Part shown: positions 11,801-21,884 of the stretch, in pieces | Layout of the letters: each line of letters starts with the position of its first letter | Numbering within the stretch: position 1 is the stretch's first letter | Source of the DNA: Macrostomum lignano | Lineage: Eukaryota | DNA: 43,977 nucleotides | Assembly (NCBI GenBank): GCA_002269645.1 | Contig: NIVC01001139.1 | Span: 1-43,977 of the forward strand | Reading direction: 5' to 3' | Notes under the pieces: model-generated | Database searches by the model: none | Told to the model about the DNA's origin: nothing | The model's input: only the letters and a program-made list of their open reading frames with translations | Program-made: the position numbers and the translations under genes

Positions 11801-14800
11801 ATTATCCATCGCAGGTCAGCTTATCAGCTGCCTTGAGCCACAACAGAAGCGAGGATTGATTATCCATCGCAGGTCAGCTTATCAGCTGCCTTGAGCCACA
11901 ACAGACGCGAGGATTGATTATCCATCGCAGGTCAGCTTATCAGCTGCCTTGAGTCCCAACAGAAGCGAGGATTGATTATCCATCGCAGGTCAGCTTATCA
12001 GCTGCCTTGAGTCCCAACAGAAGCGAGGATTGATTATCCATCGCAGGTCAGCTTATGAGCTGCCTTGAGCCACAACAGAAGCGAGGATTGATTATCCATC
12101 GCAGGTCAGCTTATCAGCTGCCTTGAGTCCCAACAGAAGCGAGGATTGATTATCCATCGCAGGTCAGCTTATGAGCTGCCTTGAGCCACAACAGACGCGA
12201 GGATTGATTATCCATCGCAGGTCAGCTTATCAGCTGCCTTGAGTCCCAACAGAAGCGAGGATTGATTATCCATCGCAGGTCAGCTTATCAGCTGCCTTGA
12301 GTCCCAACAGAAGCGAGGATTGATTATCCATAGCAGGTCAGCTTATGAGCTGCCTTGAGTCCCAACAGAAGCGAGGATTGATTATCCATCGCAGGTCAGC
12401 TTATGAGCTGCCTTGAGCCACAACAGAAGCGAGGATTGATTATCCATCGCAGGTCAGCTTATGAGCTGCCTTGAGCCACAACAGAAGCGAGGATTGATTA
12501 TCCATCGCAGGTCAGCTTATGAGCTGCCTTGAGCCACAACAGACGCGAGGATTGATTATCCATCGAAGGTCAGCTTATGAGCTGCCTTGAGTCCCAACAG
12601 AAGCGAGGATTGATTATCCATCGCAGGTCAGCTTATGAGCTGCCTTGAGCCACAACAGACGCGAGGATTGATTATCCATCGCAGGTCAGCTTATCAGCTG
12701 CCTTGAGTCCCAACAGAAGCGAGGATTGATTATCCATCGCAGGTCAGCTTATCAGCTGCCTTGAGTCCCAACAGAAGCGAGGATTGATTATCCATCGCAG
12801 GTCAGCTTATCAGCTGCCTTGAGTCCCAACAGAAGCGAGGATTGATTATCCATCGCAGGTCAGCTTATGAGCTGTCTTGAGTCCCAACAGAAGCGAGGAT
12901 TGATTATCCATAGCAGGTCAGCTTATGAGCTGCCTTGAGTCCCAACAGAAGCGAGGATTGATTATCCATAGCAGGTCAGCTTATCAGCTGCCTTGAGCCA
13001 CAACAGACGCGAAGTCCAGTCTTATCCATAACTTCATAGAGTCAATGGGAGCTGATCCCTGTGGATTTGCCGGATCACTTGGTCTAGATCACTGAAGAAT
13101 TCCGACTGAACTCCTGAAATCTCATCCAGAACATTTTCATTTGGAAAACCTGAAATTTGGGTCTACAATTAGAATTTAGCAGTGTTCAAGGTGAAAAATT
13201 TTGGAAAATGCAGCCGGAACAGCTTTCCTTTTTCCCGAACTTTGGCAGGATCACATTTCCGGAAAAAGGAGCTATTCCGGACTAAAAATGCTGATCCGGG
13301 CCTTCACTTGAAAATCAATTAATAAATCAGGCCTGGATCACGAAATTCTGAAAAAAATTATGGGTGAAAAGTACAACTGGTTCTTACAGACCGGATAACA
13401 CAAAGGCATCTTGATTGAAATCTTTTTCCATTATCTGGTTTGCAAACCAGATTCGCATCCTGTTATCCGGTAAATTTCAGATTCACACAGGTTTCTTACA
13501 GACTAGATAACGCACAGTTATCCTGATTTAAATCTTGTACTGTTATCTGTCTTTCAAACAAGATTCGCACCATGTTATCCTGTGAAATTCCGATTCAAAC
13601 AAGATTCGATCAACCAAGTGTTGTAACCCGGGTCGGTTTGGGTGCCCAGTCCCGAGTACAATATATATTATATGTGATATAACAGGCGTTGTGACGCTCT
13701 GTCTGTACTTTTATGAATACGACGAGCAGGCGTGACGACGCTCTGCGATAATAGTTCGATCCCTCTGGTGTTGTGACACTCAGAGTTCACGCTGCGGCTC
13801 GAGGTGTGGTGACACTCTCGAGTGCTTCTAGTCTCTATACCGTAGGGTGTACGCAATATATAGGGTAAACGGTACAGTACTACAAAAGCTATATGATCTC
13901 CCGGCGTTATGACGCTCTGGCAAGAACTCGGCCTAGCAAGCTTCCAGAAAAAAAAGGACTCAAACAGCAGGCGGCTTACCAGTGGCCAAATGACTGTTCA
14001 CCGTTTATTGCTCGTAGGTCTCAAGCGCAGGTTCGCAGGTTCGCACGTTTGTTGATTGGCTCGTAGGTGTCAAACGCGGCTTCTAACTTCTTCTCAATTC
14101 TCCAAGATTCTTTTTAAAGACTAACTTCTCAATTGAGCTCTCGGGTTTGTTTTATCGTAGGTAGCTAACGTCGCGGTTTCTTACTTAAGCAAAGTCTCGC
14201 GCTTGCAACCACGGAGCACACAAAACACTAAATAGCACAAACAGGACTAACAGAGAAACAGAGAAACCGAGAAACAGAGCGAAGGGCGTGAGCAAGGCCT
14301 AGAGCCGCATTAAATAATACCCAAACCCTGGGGCCAATGGCCCCACCGGCTAAGCTCACCAAAACAAACCACGCCGGCCCAGCCAATCAAAACCCCGCCT
14401 AAGGGGGGAGGGGCTGCACCCGCGCCAAAGCTGGCCCGGCCGCAGCCAACCAGCCCTGAGCACGGGGCAGGGGCATGGCTGGGGAGGGGCACGCGCAAAG
14501 CCCGGCCGGCGGCCAAACCCTGCCACGCCCGCCAACCCCCCCCCCCCCAACCAGCCCCAAAGTGCAACGCGCCCTGCCAACTGACAAGGGCGCATGCACT
14601 ACACAAGATAACAGAGAATTATCTGGTGGCGAATCTTGTACTGTTATCTGTCTTTCAAACAAGATTCGCACCATGTTATCCTGTGAAATTCCGATTCAAA
14701 CAAGATTCGATCAACCAAGATAACAGAGAATTATCTGGTGGCGAATCTTGTACTGTTATCTGTCTTTCAAACAAGATTCGCACCATGTTATCCTGTGAAA

Positions 14801-17800
14801 TTCCGATTCAAACAAGATTCAATCAACCAAGAAAACAAAAAATTACCTGGTGGCGAATCTTGTACTGTTATCTGTCTTTCAAACAAGATTCGCACCATAT
14901 TATCCTGTGAAATTCTGATTCAATCAAACAAGAAAACAAAAAATTACCTGGTGGCGAATCTTGTACTGTTATCTGATTTTCAAACAAGATTCGCACCATA
15001 TTATCCTGTGAAATTCTGATTCAAACAAGATTCAATCAAACAAGAAAACAAAAAATTACCTGGTGGCGAATCTTGTACTGTTATCTGATTTTCAAACAAG
15101 ATTCGCACCATATTATCCTGTGAAATTCTGATTCAAACAAGATTCAATCAAACAAGAAAACAAAAAATTACCTGGTGGCGAATCTTGTACTGTTATCTGA
15201 TTTTCAAACAAGATTCGCACCATATTATCCTGTGAAATTCTGATTCAAACAAGATTCAATCAAACAAGAAAACAAAAAATTACCTGGTGGCGAATCTTGT
15301 ACTGTTATCTGATTTTCAAACAAGATTCGCACCATATTATCCTGTGAAATTCTGATTCAAACAAGATTCAATCAAACAAGAAAACAAAAAATTACCTGGT
15401 GGCGAATCTTGTACTGTTATCTGATTTTCAAACAAGATTCGCACCATGTTATCCTGTGAAATTCTGATTCAAACAAGATTCAATCAAACAAGAAAACAAA
15501 AAATTACCTGGTGGCGAATCTTGTACTGTTATCTGATTTTCAAACAAGATTCGCACCATATTATCCTGTGAAATTCCGATTCAAACAAGATTCAATCAAA
15601 CAAGAAAACAAAAATTATCTGGTGGCAAATCTTGTCATGTAATCTGATTTCTAAGCAAGATTCGGGCCATGTTATCTGGTGAAATTCAGATAACTCACCA
15701 GATAACAGTCAAACAAGAAAACAAAAAATTACCTGGTGACGAATCTGGTGGTTTCACCAGTTTCGCACCTCAAACAAGGAAATCGGTAGTGAATCTGACA
15801 AGATTCGCAAATTATCTTGTGGTGTTATCTGGTTTATTTACCAGAGGGCTTCGCAGATCCTCAATCGGGATCCCCAGATCCCAGGTCCTCAATTGGGATC
15901 TTCAGCTCCCAGATCGTCAATCGTGATCCCCAGATCCTCACATCCCGAGATCCTCAATCTGATCCCTACGATCCCAGATTCTCAATCGAGATCCCCAGAT
16001 CCTCACATTCCAAAATTCTCAATCTGATTTCCAGTTCCTCAATCGGCATTCCCAGATCCTCAATCGGCATTCCCAGATCCTCAATCGGTATTCCCAGATC
16101 CTCAATCGGCATTCCCAGATCCTCAATCGGCATTCCCAGATCCTCAATCGGTATTCCCAGATCCTCAATCGGCATTCCCAGATCCTCAATCGGTATTCCC
16201 AGATCCTCAATCGGTATTCCCAGATCCTCAATCGGCATTCCCAGATCCTCAATCGGCATTCCCAGATCCTCAATCGGTATTCCCAGATCCTCAATCGGCA
16301 TTCCCAGATCCTCAATCGGCATTCCCAGATCCTCAATCGGCATTCCCAGATCCTCAATCGGCATTCCCAGATCCTCAATCGGCATTCCCAGATCCTCAAT
16401 CGGTATTCCCAGACCTCACACTGTAGGCCTTTCATTCGCCCCTGCAGATGGCGGCGCCCAGCAGCAGTCGCTGGGCCAGTTCCCCTGCCGCATCGGGCTG
16501 CTGCTGATCGTGCGGCTGGCCTCCACTGCCCAGTGGCCAGAGGTGCTGGCCTGCCTCCAATGCCTGCACCGGCAGCCCCAGCTGAATGTCCCGGCCGGTC
16601 TGGCGGCCACCGGGACCAGGGTGGCCGTGGCCGACGCGGCGCTGGAGGCATTTCTGCACTGCGATATGCTGGACCTGGCCAATGCGCTGGTTGCCACCTC
16701 GGGCGGCCCCGGCCCGTTCGGCCTGGCCCTGCCCGACCCCTGCCCGGAAGGTGCGATGGATCGCGCGGTGCTGCTGCTCAGCCTGTCGCGAACCTGCGCG
16801 CGCCGTGGCGGCGACGGCATGGCCGCAAATACTGTGAATGCGTTCATTGCGGCCGCCCAGCTGGCCGACTTCTGCGACGGTGAGCGGCCGGGCCGAATTG
16901 AGATGTCGAATTGGGTGCTGTCAATCAAATTGGAATCAAATTGGAGCTTTCAGTCACCAATCTAACAGCTGTCATTCACCAATTTAACACATGTCATTCA
17001 CCAATTTAACACATGTCATTCACCAATTTAACACATGTCATTCACCAATTTAACACATGTCATTCACCAATTTAACACATGTCATTCACCAATTTAACAG
17101 CTGTCATTCACCAATTTAACACATGTCATTCACCAATTTAACACCTGTCATTCACCAATTTAACAGCTGTCATTCACCAATTTGCTATCTGTCAATCACA
17201 AATCGAGTAGCTGTCAATCAAAAAGTGAGAAGCTGTCAATCACAAATCAAGTAGCTGTAAATCACAAATCAAGTAGCTGTCAATCACAAATCAAGTAGCT
17301 GTAAATCACAAAGTGAGTAGCTGTCAATCACAAATCAAGTAGCTGTAAATCACAAAGTGAGTAGCTGTCAATCACAAATGGAGGAGCTGTCAATCACAAA
17401 GTGAGTAGCTGTCAATCACAAATCAAGTAGCTGTCAATCACAAATCAAGTAGCTGTCAATCACAAATCGAGGAGCTGTCAATCACAAAGTGAGTAGCCGT
17501 CAATCACAGAGTGAGTAGCTGTCAATCACAAAGTGAGGAGCTGTCAATCACAAAGTGAGTAGCCGTCAATCACAGAGTGAGTAGCTGTCAATCACAAATG
17601 GAGGAGCAATAAAGCTAAATCATCCAACCGTAGTGCAATGAGATTGCGTCTAATCAAACACTGGATCAAAGCCGCTCACCCCCGATCTCCAGAGGATTTC
17701 CGCCGCACCTCGTACGCGGCCGCCTATTCCTGCTGTCTCCGCGATCTGGCCACCACCGCCAGGTCCTGCCGGCCAGGCCTCAAGCACGCGTACCGGCTGT

Positions 17801-18369
17801 TCAACGCCAGCACCTCGTTCCCGAATCTGCAGCTGAAGGCCCCGGCCACCGCCCTCCGCCTGATGCTCTGCTCCGCTGTGCGGCTGTCCCTGCCCGACCT
17901 GGCGCTCCCCCTGGCGAAGATTGGCACCCGGTTCGGCATCTACCGAGCCCTGCAGCCCGACTGCCTCCAGCTCAGCCTGCCGGGCGATCTGGCTGGCGAA
18001 GAGTCCGCCGCCCTGCTAGCGCTTGCCATCCGCTGCCTTCGCGATCGGCGGCGGCGCGGCCACCTGGACGACGCTGTCGGCGGCCGCTGCCTCCGCTTGG
18101 TGCCGCTGCCGCCGGACGGCCGCGACCCGGAATTTGTCCGGCTGGCCGGCCTGCCGCCCGACGCCGGCGTCCGGACAGTCCACGCCGAGGACGCCACCGA
18201 CTGCCTGCTGGCGGTGCTGCAGCGGGCGGCCGACGTCTTCAACTCCACGCTGATGGTCGGCCCCGTCGGCCTGCTGGCCCGCCGGCCGCGCTTCAGCTTG
18301 CAACCGGACGGCCCGGCCATCAGCCTGTCCGGACAGGAGGTTCGCGACCTCATGGACCAGCTCGACTAA
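5386..18369 (+). CDS. TOPAZ1: Multi-exon gene encoding a TOPAZ1-like helical-repeat protein (5' end not resolved)
   Basis: Candidate exons 5386-5800, 6100-6418, 6932-7069 (or 6866-7069), 7823-8015, 8510-8659, 8973-9153, 16448-16879 and 17693-18369. All introns are GT-AG with matching phases (1,2,2,0,0,1,1), totalling 2505 nt = 834 codons plus TAA. The motifs RIG..QW..L..L..R..V...A.E.FL....LD.A and LR....S..R..L...A....K.....G.Y..L...L.LP..L...E match the TOPAZ1 C-terminal region as I remember it. Gene structure is well supported; the name is not verified. Confidence 0.65.
5800..6099 (+). repeat. 33/32-bp tandem array GGTCCGGTCCGCCCC(C)AGGACCGCC(C/T)AATCAGT, about 9 units
   Basis: Unit lengths read directly: 33,33,32,33,33,32,33,32, then one degenerate unit. 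Confidence 0.95.
6100..6418 (+). CDS. Exon (...[44 protein letters not shown]...RKPTL)
   Basis: Open frame 6027-6422 with coding-like codon usage. Strong donor AA|GTGAGA at 6419 (phase 2). The 5' boundary is uncertain. Confidence 0.8.
6460..6851. repeat. 32-bp minisatellite CCCCAGTCTGTCTCCAGTGTGACTTGTCCTGT, about 12 units, intronic
   Basis: Direct tandem repeat; explains ORFs 6594-6890 and 6712-6894. Confidence 0.95.
6932..7069 (+). CDS. Exon ([45 protein letters not shown])
   Basis: Phase-2 acceptor TTCCGCAG|C at 6931/6932; a weaker alternative is GATAAG|C at 6865/6866. Donor AG|GTAGCC at 7070 (phase 2) matches the next exon. Confidence 0.75.
7170..7800. repeat. 22-bp minisatellite AAACCCATCCAGAATCGCCCTC, about 28 units, intronic
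   Basis: Direct tandem repeat; explains ORF 7166-7960. Confidence 0.95.
7823..8015 (+). CDS. Exon ([39 protein letters not shown]...PELLANSQ)
   Basis: Acceptor CCCCAG|G (phase 2) and donor CAG|GTAGGA at 8016 (phase 0). Confidence 0.85.
8048..8460. repeat. 27-bp minisatellite CTGTACAGAATCAGCACCCCATCCCAC, about 15 units, intronic
   Basis: Direct tandem repeat. Confidence 0.95.
8510..8659 (+). CDS. Exon ([50 protein letters not shown])
   Basis: Acceptor CTGTTCCAG| (phase 0) and donor GCG|GTGAGT at 8660 (phase 0). Confidence 0.85.
8790..8940. repeat. Short degenerate array of AATCTCCCCACGT(G/T), intronic
   Basis: About 7-8 imperfect copies seen. Confidence 0.8.
8973..9153 (+). CDS. Exon ([60 protein letters not shown])
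   Basis: Acceptor CCCCCGCCAG| (phase 0) and donor T|GTGAGT at 9154 (phase 1). Confidence 0.85.
9395..9838. repeat. 103-bp left subterminal tandem array, about 4.3 units
   Basis: GGGTAATTC recurs at 9411, 9514, 9617, 9720 and 9823. Confidence 0.9.
10830..11760. repeat. Diverged tandem duplication (two copies, offset about 580 bp shrinking to about 480 bp)
   Basis: Shared blocks: GCA(A/G)ACGC(C/T)TTAGACAA (10839/11421), ACTGGGCCAG...CTAGACACCCAGCTG (10921/11503), CCTCACATTACG (11161/11703) and TTAGCAGCTGCCTTGAG (11281/11763). Confidence 0.85.
11751..13012. repeat. 58-bp minisatellite GCTTATCAGCTGCCTTGAGCCACAACAGAAGCGAGGATTGATTATCCATCGCAGGTCA, about 22 units
   Basis: Direct tandem repeat inside the CACTA-like element. 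Confidence 0.97.
13530..15700. repeat. 112-bp right subterminal tandem array, about 10-11 units, interrupted by the solo LTR
   Basis: AATCTTGTACTGTTATCTG recurs at about 13530, 14632, 14744, 14856, 14957, 15069, 15181, 15293, 15405 and 15517. Confidence 0.9.
13619..14603. mobile_element. 985-bp solo LTR, probably Ty3/Gypsy type, nested in the subterminal array
   Basis: Begins TGTTGTAA and ends CACTACA (TG...CA). 4-bp TSD CAAG at 13615-13618 and 14604-14607. Removing it restores one unit of the 112-bp array (...TCAACCAAG|ATAACAGAG...). Confidence 0.85.
15860..16412. repeat. 21-bp minisatellite CCCAGATCCTCAATCGG(C/T)ATT, intronic
   Basis: Degenerate from 15860 and near-perfect from about 16035 to 16411. 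It explains the SSIGIPR repeats of ORF 15817-16965. Confidence 0.95.
16448..16879 (+). CDS. Exon ([40 protein letters not shown]...[18 protein letters not shown]...QLADFCD)
   Basis: Acceptor CCCCTGCAG|AT (phase 1, matching the donor at 9154) and donor G|GTGAGC at 16880 (phase 1). Confidence 0.9.
16955..17180. repeat. 22-bp minisatellite TCATTCACCAATTTAACA(C/G)(A/C)TG, about 10 units
   Basis: Direct tandem repeat in the last intron. Confidence 0.95.
17188..17605. repeat. 22-bp minisatellite (AG)CTGTCAATCACAAA(TCA/GTG)AGT, 19 units
   Basis: Direct tandem repeat in the last intron, distinct from the preceding array. Confidence 0.95.
17693..18369 (+). CDS. Terminal exon ([19 protein letters not shown]...[28 protein letters not shown]...VRDLMDQLD*)
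   Basis: Acceptor ATCTCCAG|AG (phase 1), a long GC-rich open frame and TAA at 18367-18369. Confidence 0.9.
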
Positions 18370-18430
18370 AGCAGATGGACGGGAACTTTGTTTCTTCCCG
18401 GCTGAAGGGCTGAAAAGTTTCCATTGACAG

Positions 18431-18468
18431 GCGACAGACAGACAGACAGAGAGGCAGACAGACAGCCT

Positions 18469-18508
<40 letters not shown>

Positions 18509-18521
18509 GGCATAGACAGAC

Positions 18522-18580
<59 letters not shown>

Positions 18581-18660
18581 CAGACAGACACAAAGACAGA
18601 CAGACAGACAGACAGACAGACACAGACAGACACAAAGACAGACAGACAGACAGACAGACA
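18431..18660. repeat. (ACAG)n microsatellite just 3' of the stop codon
   Basis: Seen directly. Confidence 0.97.
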
Positions 18661-19479
18661 ATTAACTGTTTCCTTTATTCATTTTTGTTCTGAAAATGCC
18701 TTTGACTTAGAGGATCTTTGCAAAAGAACGGAAGCTTCCCGTCTTTTTATTTGTCTTACTCGACTGCGGACCAGTTCGTATCTGGGGAAATTATTGAGTT
18801 TTTGAAGGCCAAAGATGGGGCTGTGGTAACACACTGAATCTGTTCTCACACAATGGCAGTGGCGCAAGATTAAATGCTTGATAAAGAACCGCTAATTCCC
18901 AGTCAATAATATTTTTGTTTTCGCAAATATTTTAGCGGCCTCTCACGGCTTTGCTGCTGTGGAAATTGTTTAAATTAATTTTGCTGTTTTTGAATCAGGT
19001 TTTTTCCCTACCTGCTTTTACCTGCTTTCTTACAAAAGCAATTCTGCGGGCTGGGTTGAGGGCTCGCTGCAATAACCGGCGTACTGAGTATGCAGGTTCT
19101 TATAGGGGAAAATTAAACATACTGGAATGTTCGCGCGATGCTACTCATCAGCGTCTTACTGTGCACTGCATATACCACCCTGCACTCAGCATTTATGCGC
19201 CATTAATCTCATATAATTAGGGCCAGCTAAGCTTTGTTATAAGCGGTAGAAAATTCTTTTGCATACGGCAATGATTTGTCATTTACTGCAGTTCACTTTT
19301 CTCAGTCAGAGCTTCCCGCGGTGTCTTAAATGCTAAATAATAAAACAAAACTTATAAAAAAAATTGTAAGAACAGTTTTTCCACCTGTGATCAAACCAGT
19401 ACCGCCTGCTTTGGCTGCGTACCTTGGCTTTCAATTATTGCTTTTTGCTGGACCGGAGTACTTGCACAATGCACTCCTA

Positions 19480-20172
19480 GAGCATTCACACATCACTCTT
19501 AGCACTCCCACAACACTCACACATCACTCCCCCAGCACTCACACAGCACTCACACATCACTCCCACGGCACTCATACAGCACTCACAATCACTCACACAA
19601 CACTCACACATCACTCCCACGGCACTCACACAGCACTCACAATCACTCACACATCACTCACACAGCACTCACATCACTCCCACAGCACTCCCACATCACT
19701 CACACATCACTCCCACAGGACTCCCACATCACTCACACATCACTCCCACAACACTCACACAACACTCACACATCACTCCCACAGGACTCCCACATCACTC
19801 ACACATCACTCCCACAACACTCACACAACACTCACACATCACTCCCACAGCACTCACACAACACTCACACATCACTCCCCCAGCACTCCCACATCACTCC
19901 CCCAGCACTCACACATCACTCACACATCACTCCCACGGCACTCACACATCACTCCCACGGCACTCACACATCACTCACACATCACTCCCACAACACTCAC
20001 ACAACACTCACACAACACTCACACATCACTCCCACAGCACTCACACAGCACTCACACAACACTCACACATCACTCCCACAGCACTCACACAGCACTCACA
20101 CAGCACTCACATCACTCCCACAGCACTCCCACATCACTTACACATCACTCACGCATCACTCCCCACATCACA
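19480..20172. repeat. C/A-rich low-complexity array (CACTC/ACAC/ACATCACTC motifs)
   Basis: Seen directly; produces the His/Thr-rich ORF 19330-20427. Confidence 0.9.
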
Positions 20173-20502
20173 CCTGTCTCTGTTTTCTCCGAGCCTCGTT
20201 TCTCCGCTTGTCTTCTTTCCTATCATGCGTCTCCCTGTCTTCCGGCCCGGTGCACCTTGCGCTCAAAACATTTAATCTGCAAGACAAAGTCAAATTCGAC
20301 CTTTAAAGCGAAGATTGCAGTCATTAACGAAGCACGAAGTGAATTTCTGACTTGGGACCGAAGCTCCGTAAAAACCTTGGCGGCCCCCGCTTTTGCTGTG
20401 GCTTTGGAGCCTTCTAAAGTCCTCTGAAGATTTAAGAGTTCGGACGAAATTATTCACAGCCTTCAGCTCCCAACTCTTTAATTAACTTTGTGACTTGAGT
20501 TA

Positions 20503-20960
20503 CCATCAGCACCCCAGCTCACACCCACCCACCCCAATTCCATCAGCACCCAGCTCACACCCACCCCAATCTCATCAGCACCCCGTCTCGCACCCACCCC
20601 AATTCCATCAGCACCCCAGCTCACACCCACCCCAATCTCATCAGCACCCCGTCTCGCACCCACCCCAATGCCACCAGCACCCCAGCTCACACCCACCCAC
20701 CCCAATGCCACCAGCACCCCAGCTCACACCCACCCACCCCAATGCCACCAGCACCCCAGCTCACCCACCCACCCCAATGCCACCAGCACCCCAGCTCACA
20801 CCCACCCTCCCCAATGCCACCAGCACCCCAGCTCACACCCACCCTCCCCAATGCCATCAGCACCCCAGCTCACACCCACCCTCCCCAATGCCACCAGCAC
20901 CCCAGCTCACACCCACCCTCCCCAATGCCACCAGCACCCCAGCTCACACCCACCCCAATG
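20503..20960. repeat. C-rich minisatellite CCAATGCCACCAGCACCCCAGCTCACACCCACCC (about 33-38 bp)
   Basis: Imperfect tandem repeat. Confidence 0.9.
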
Positions 20961-21884
20961 CGCGAAAACGAGATTGAATGACAGTGGCGTGGCCCGTGGC
21001 AAGACACTCGAGCTCTGGTGTCACAAAGGTCACTCTGAACTCGGCACGCCACCGCTCTCAAAAGTGTATCCGAGCTACAAGAGCCCCGTGGCGAATGAGC
21101 TGCATGCGCTGATCTTCGGCTGAGAGCTGAATCCGGCTGCCCTTATAGAAACAGCTGCAGATCCGAGATCCCCAGTGCTCACTCCCGCGGAAGAGGCTGC
21201 CTCGCGAAGATCCCGGAGTCCGCATAAATTACACAGAATTACCAGCTGGTGCTCTCGCTGGCAGCCTCTCAAATCCACAAGTCATGGGCGGACTTCATTA
21301 CTGGAGTTGTCAGTTCGCGTCTCGGCCGCCGCCATTGATCCGCGCTGACGCATCTGCGCAAGCTGATAATTGCGTTTCAATCGGGCCTTGTGGCTGAGTT
21401 TTTTGACTTGTAATTGGATCTTGCTGACGCTGAGCTGACGTGGTCAGAGTGCAGACTGTGCTTGATGTACGGCTCTCATGCATTGTGTCAACCTGCTTAC
21501 TAATTGCACTGGTGCGAAGTATGAGACTGCTGTCTGTGCGCTGTACAGGGCGCTCAAATATAACGCCCCTGACACCGTTTTTGATACATGTACCTCCTGA
21601 CACCTAGGGTTTGATACCCCCGACACCTTTTGTTTGATACCCCTGACACCTACACAATGATACCTCTGACACCCTTCTCCCTAGATTTTGGCTCCTAGCG
21701 ATGCTTGCTACATTATTGTAAGATAATGTAAGTAATTTAGGTCGGCATTTTCATAAGTTGTTGGATAAAGAGGTCTACAAGCCAAAATTCGCATGTGTTG
21801 GAACACATTGAATAGAGTGCGGTAATGAGCATGCGTTAGATAAGGTGAAACAGTTAGATGCAGGGTTTGCTGAGGCATTAGATA

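Larger units (their letters stand above)
9235..15848. mobile_element. 6614-bp non-autonomous CACTA/EnSpm (CMC)-like DNA transposon in the large intron
   Basis: Perfect 37-bp TIRs CCCTCTGGTAAATAAACCAGATAACACCACAAGATAA at 9235-9271 and 15812-15848 (reverse complement). 2-bp TSD CT at 9233-9234 and 15849-15850. Long subterminal tandem arrays rich in GATAAC/GTTATC at both ends. CCC termini, a 2-bp TSD and subterminal repeats fit animal EnSpm-type elements. No transposase ORF is visible. Confidence 0.8.

Noticed and set aside
19330-20427. 365-aa His/Thr-rich ORF
   Set aside because: Artefact of a stop-free C/A-rich low-complexity tract; no splice or domain support.
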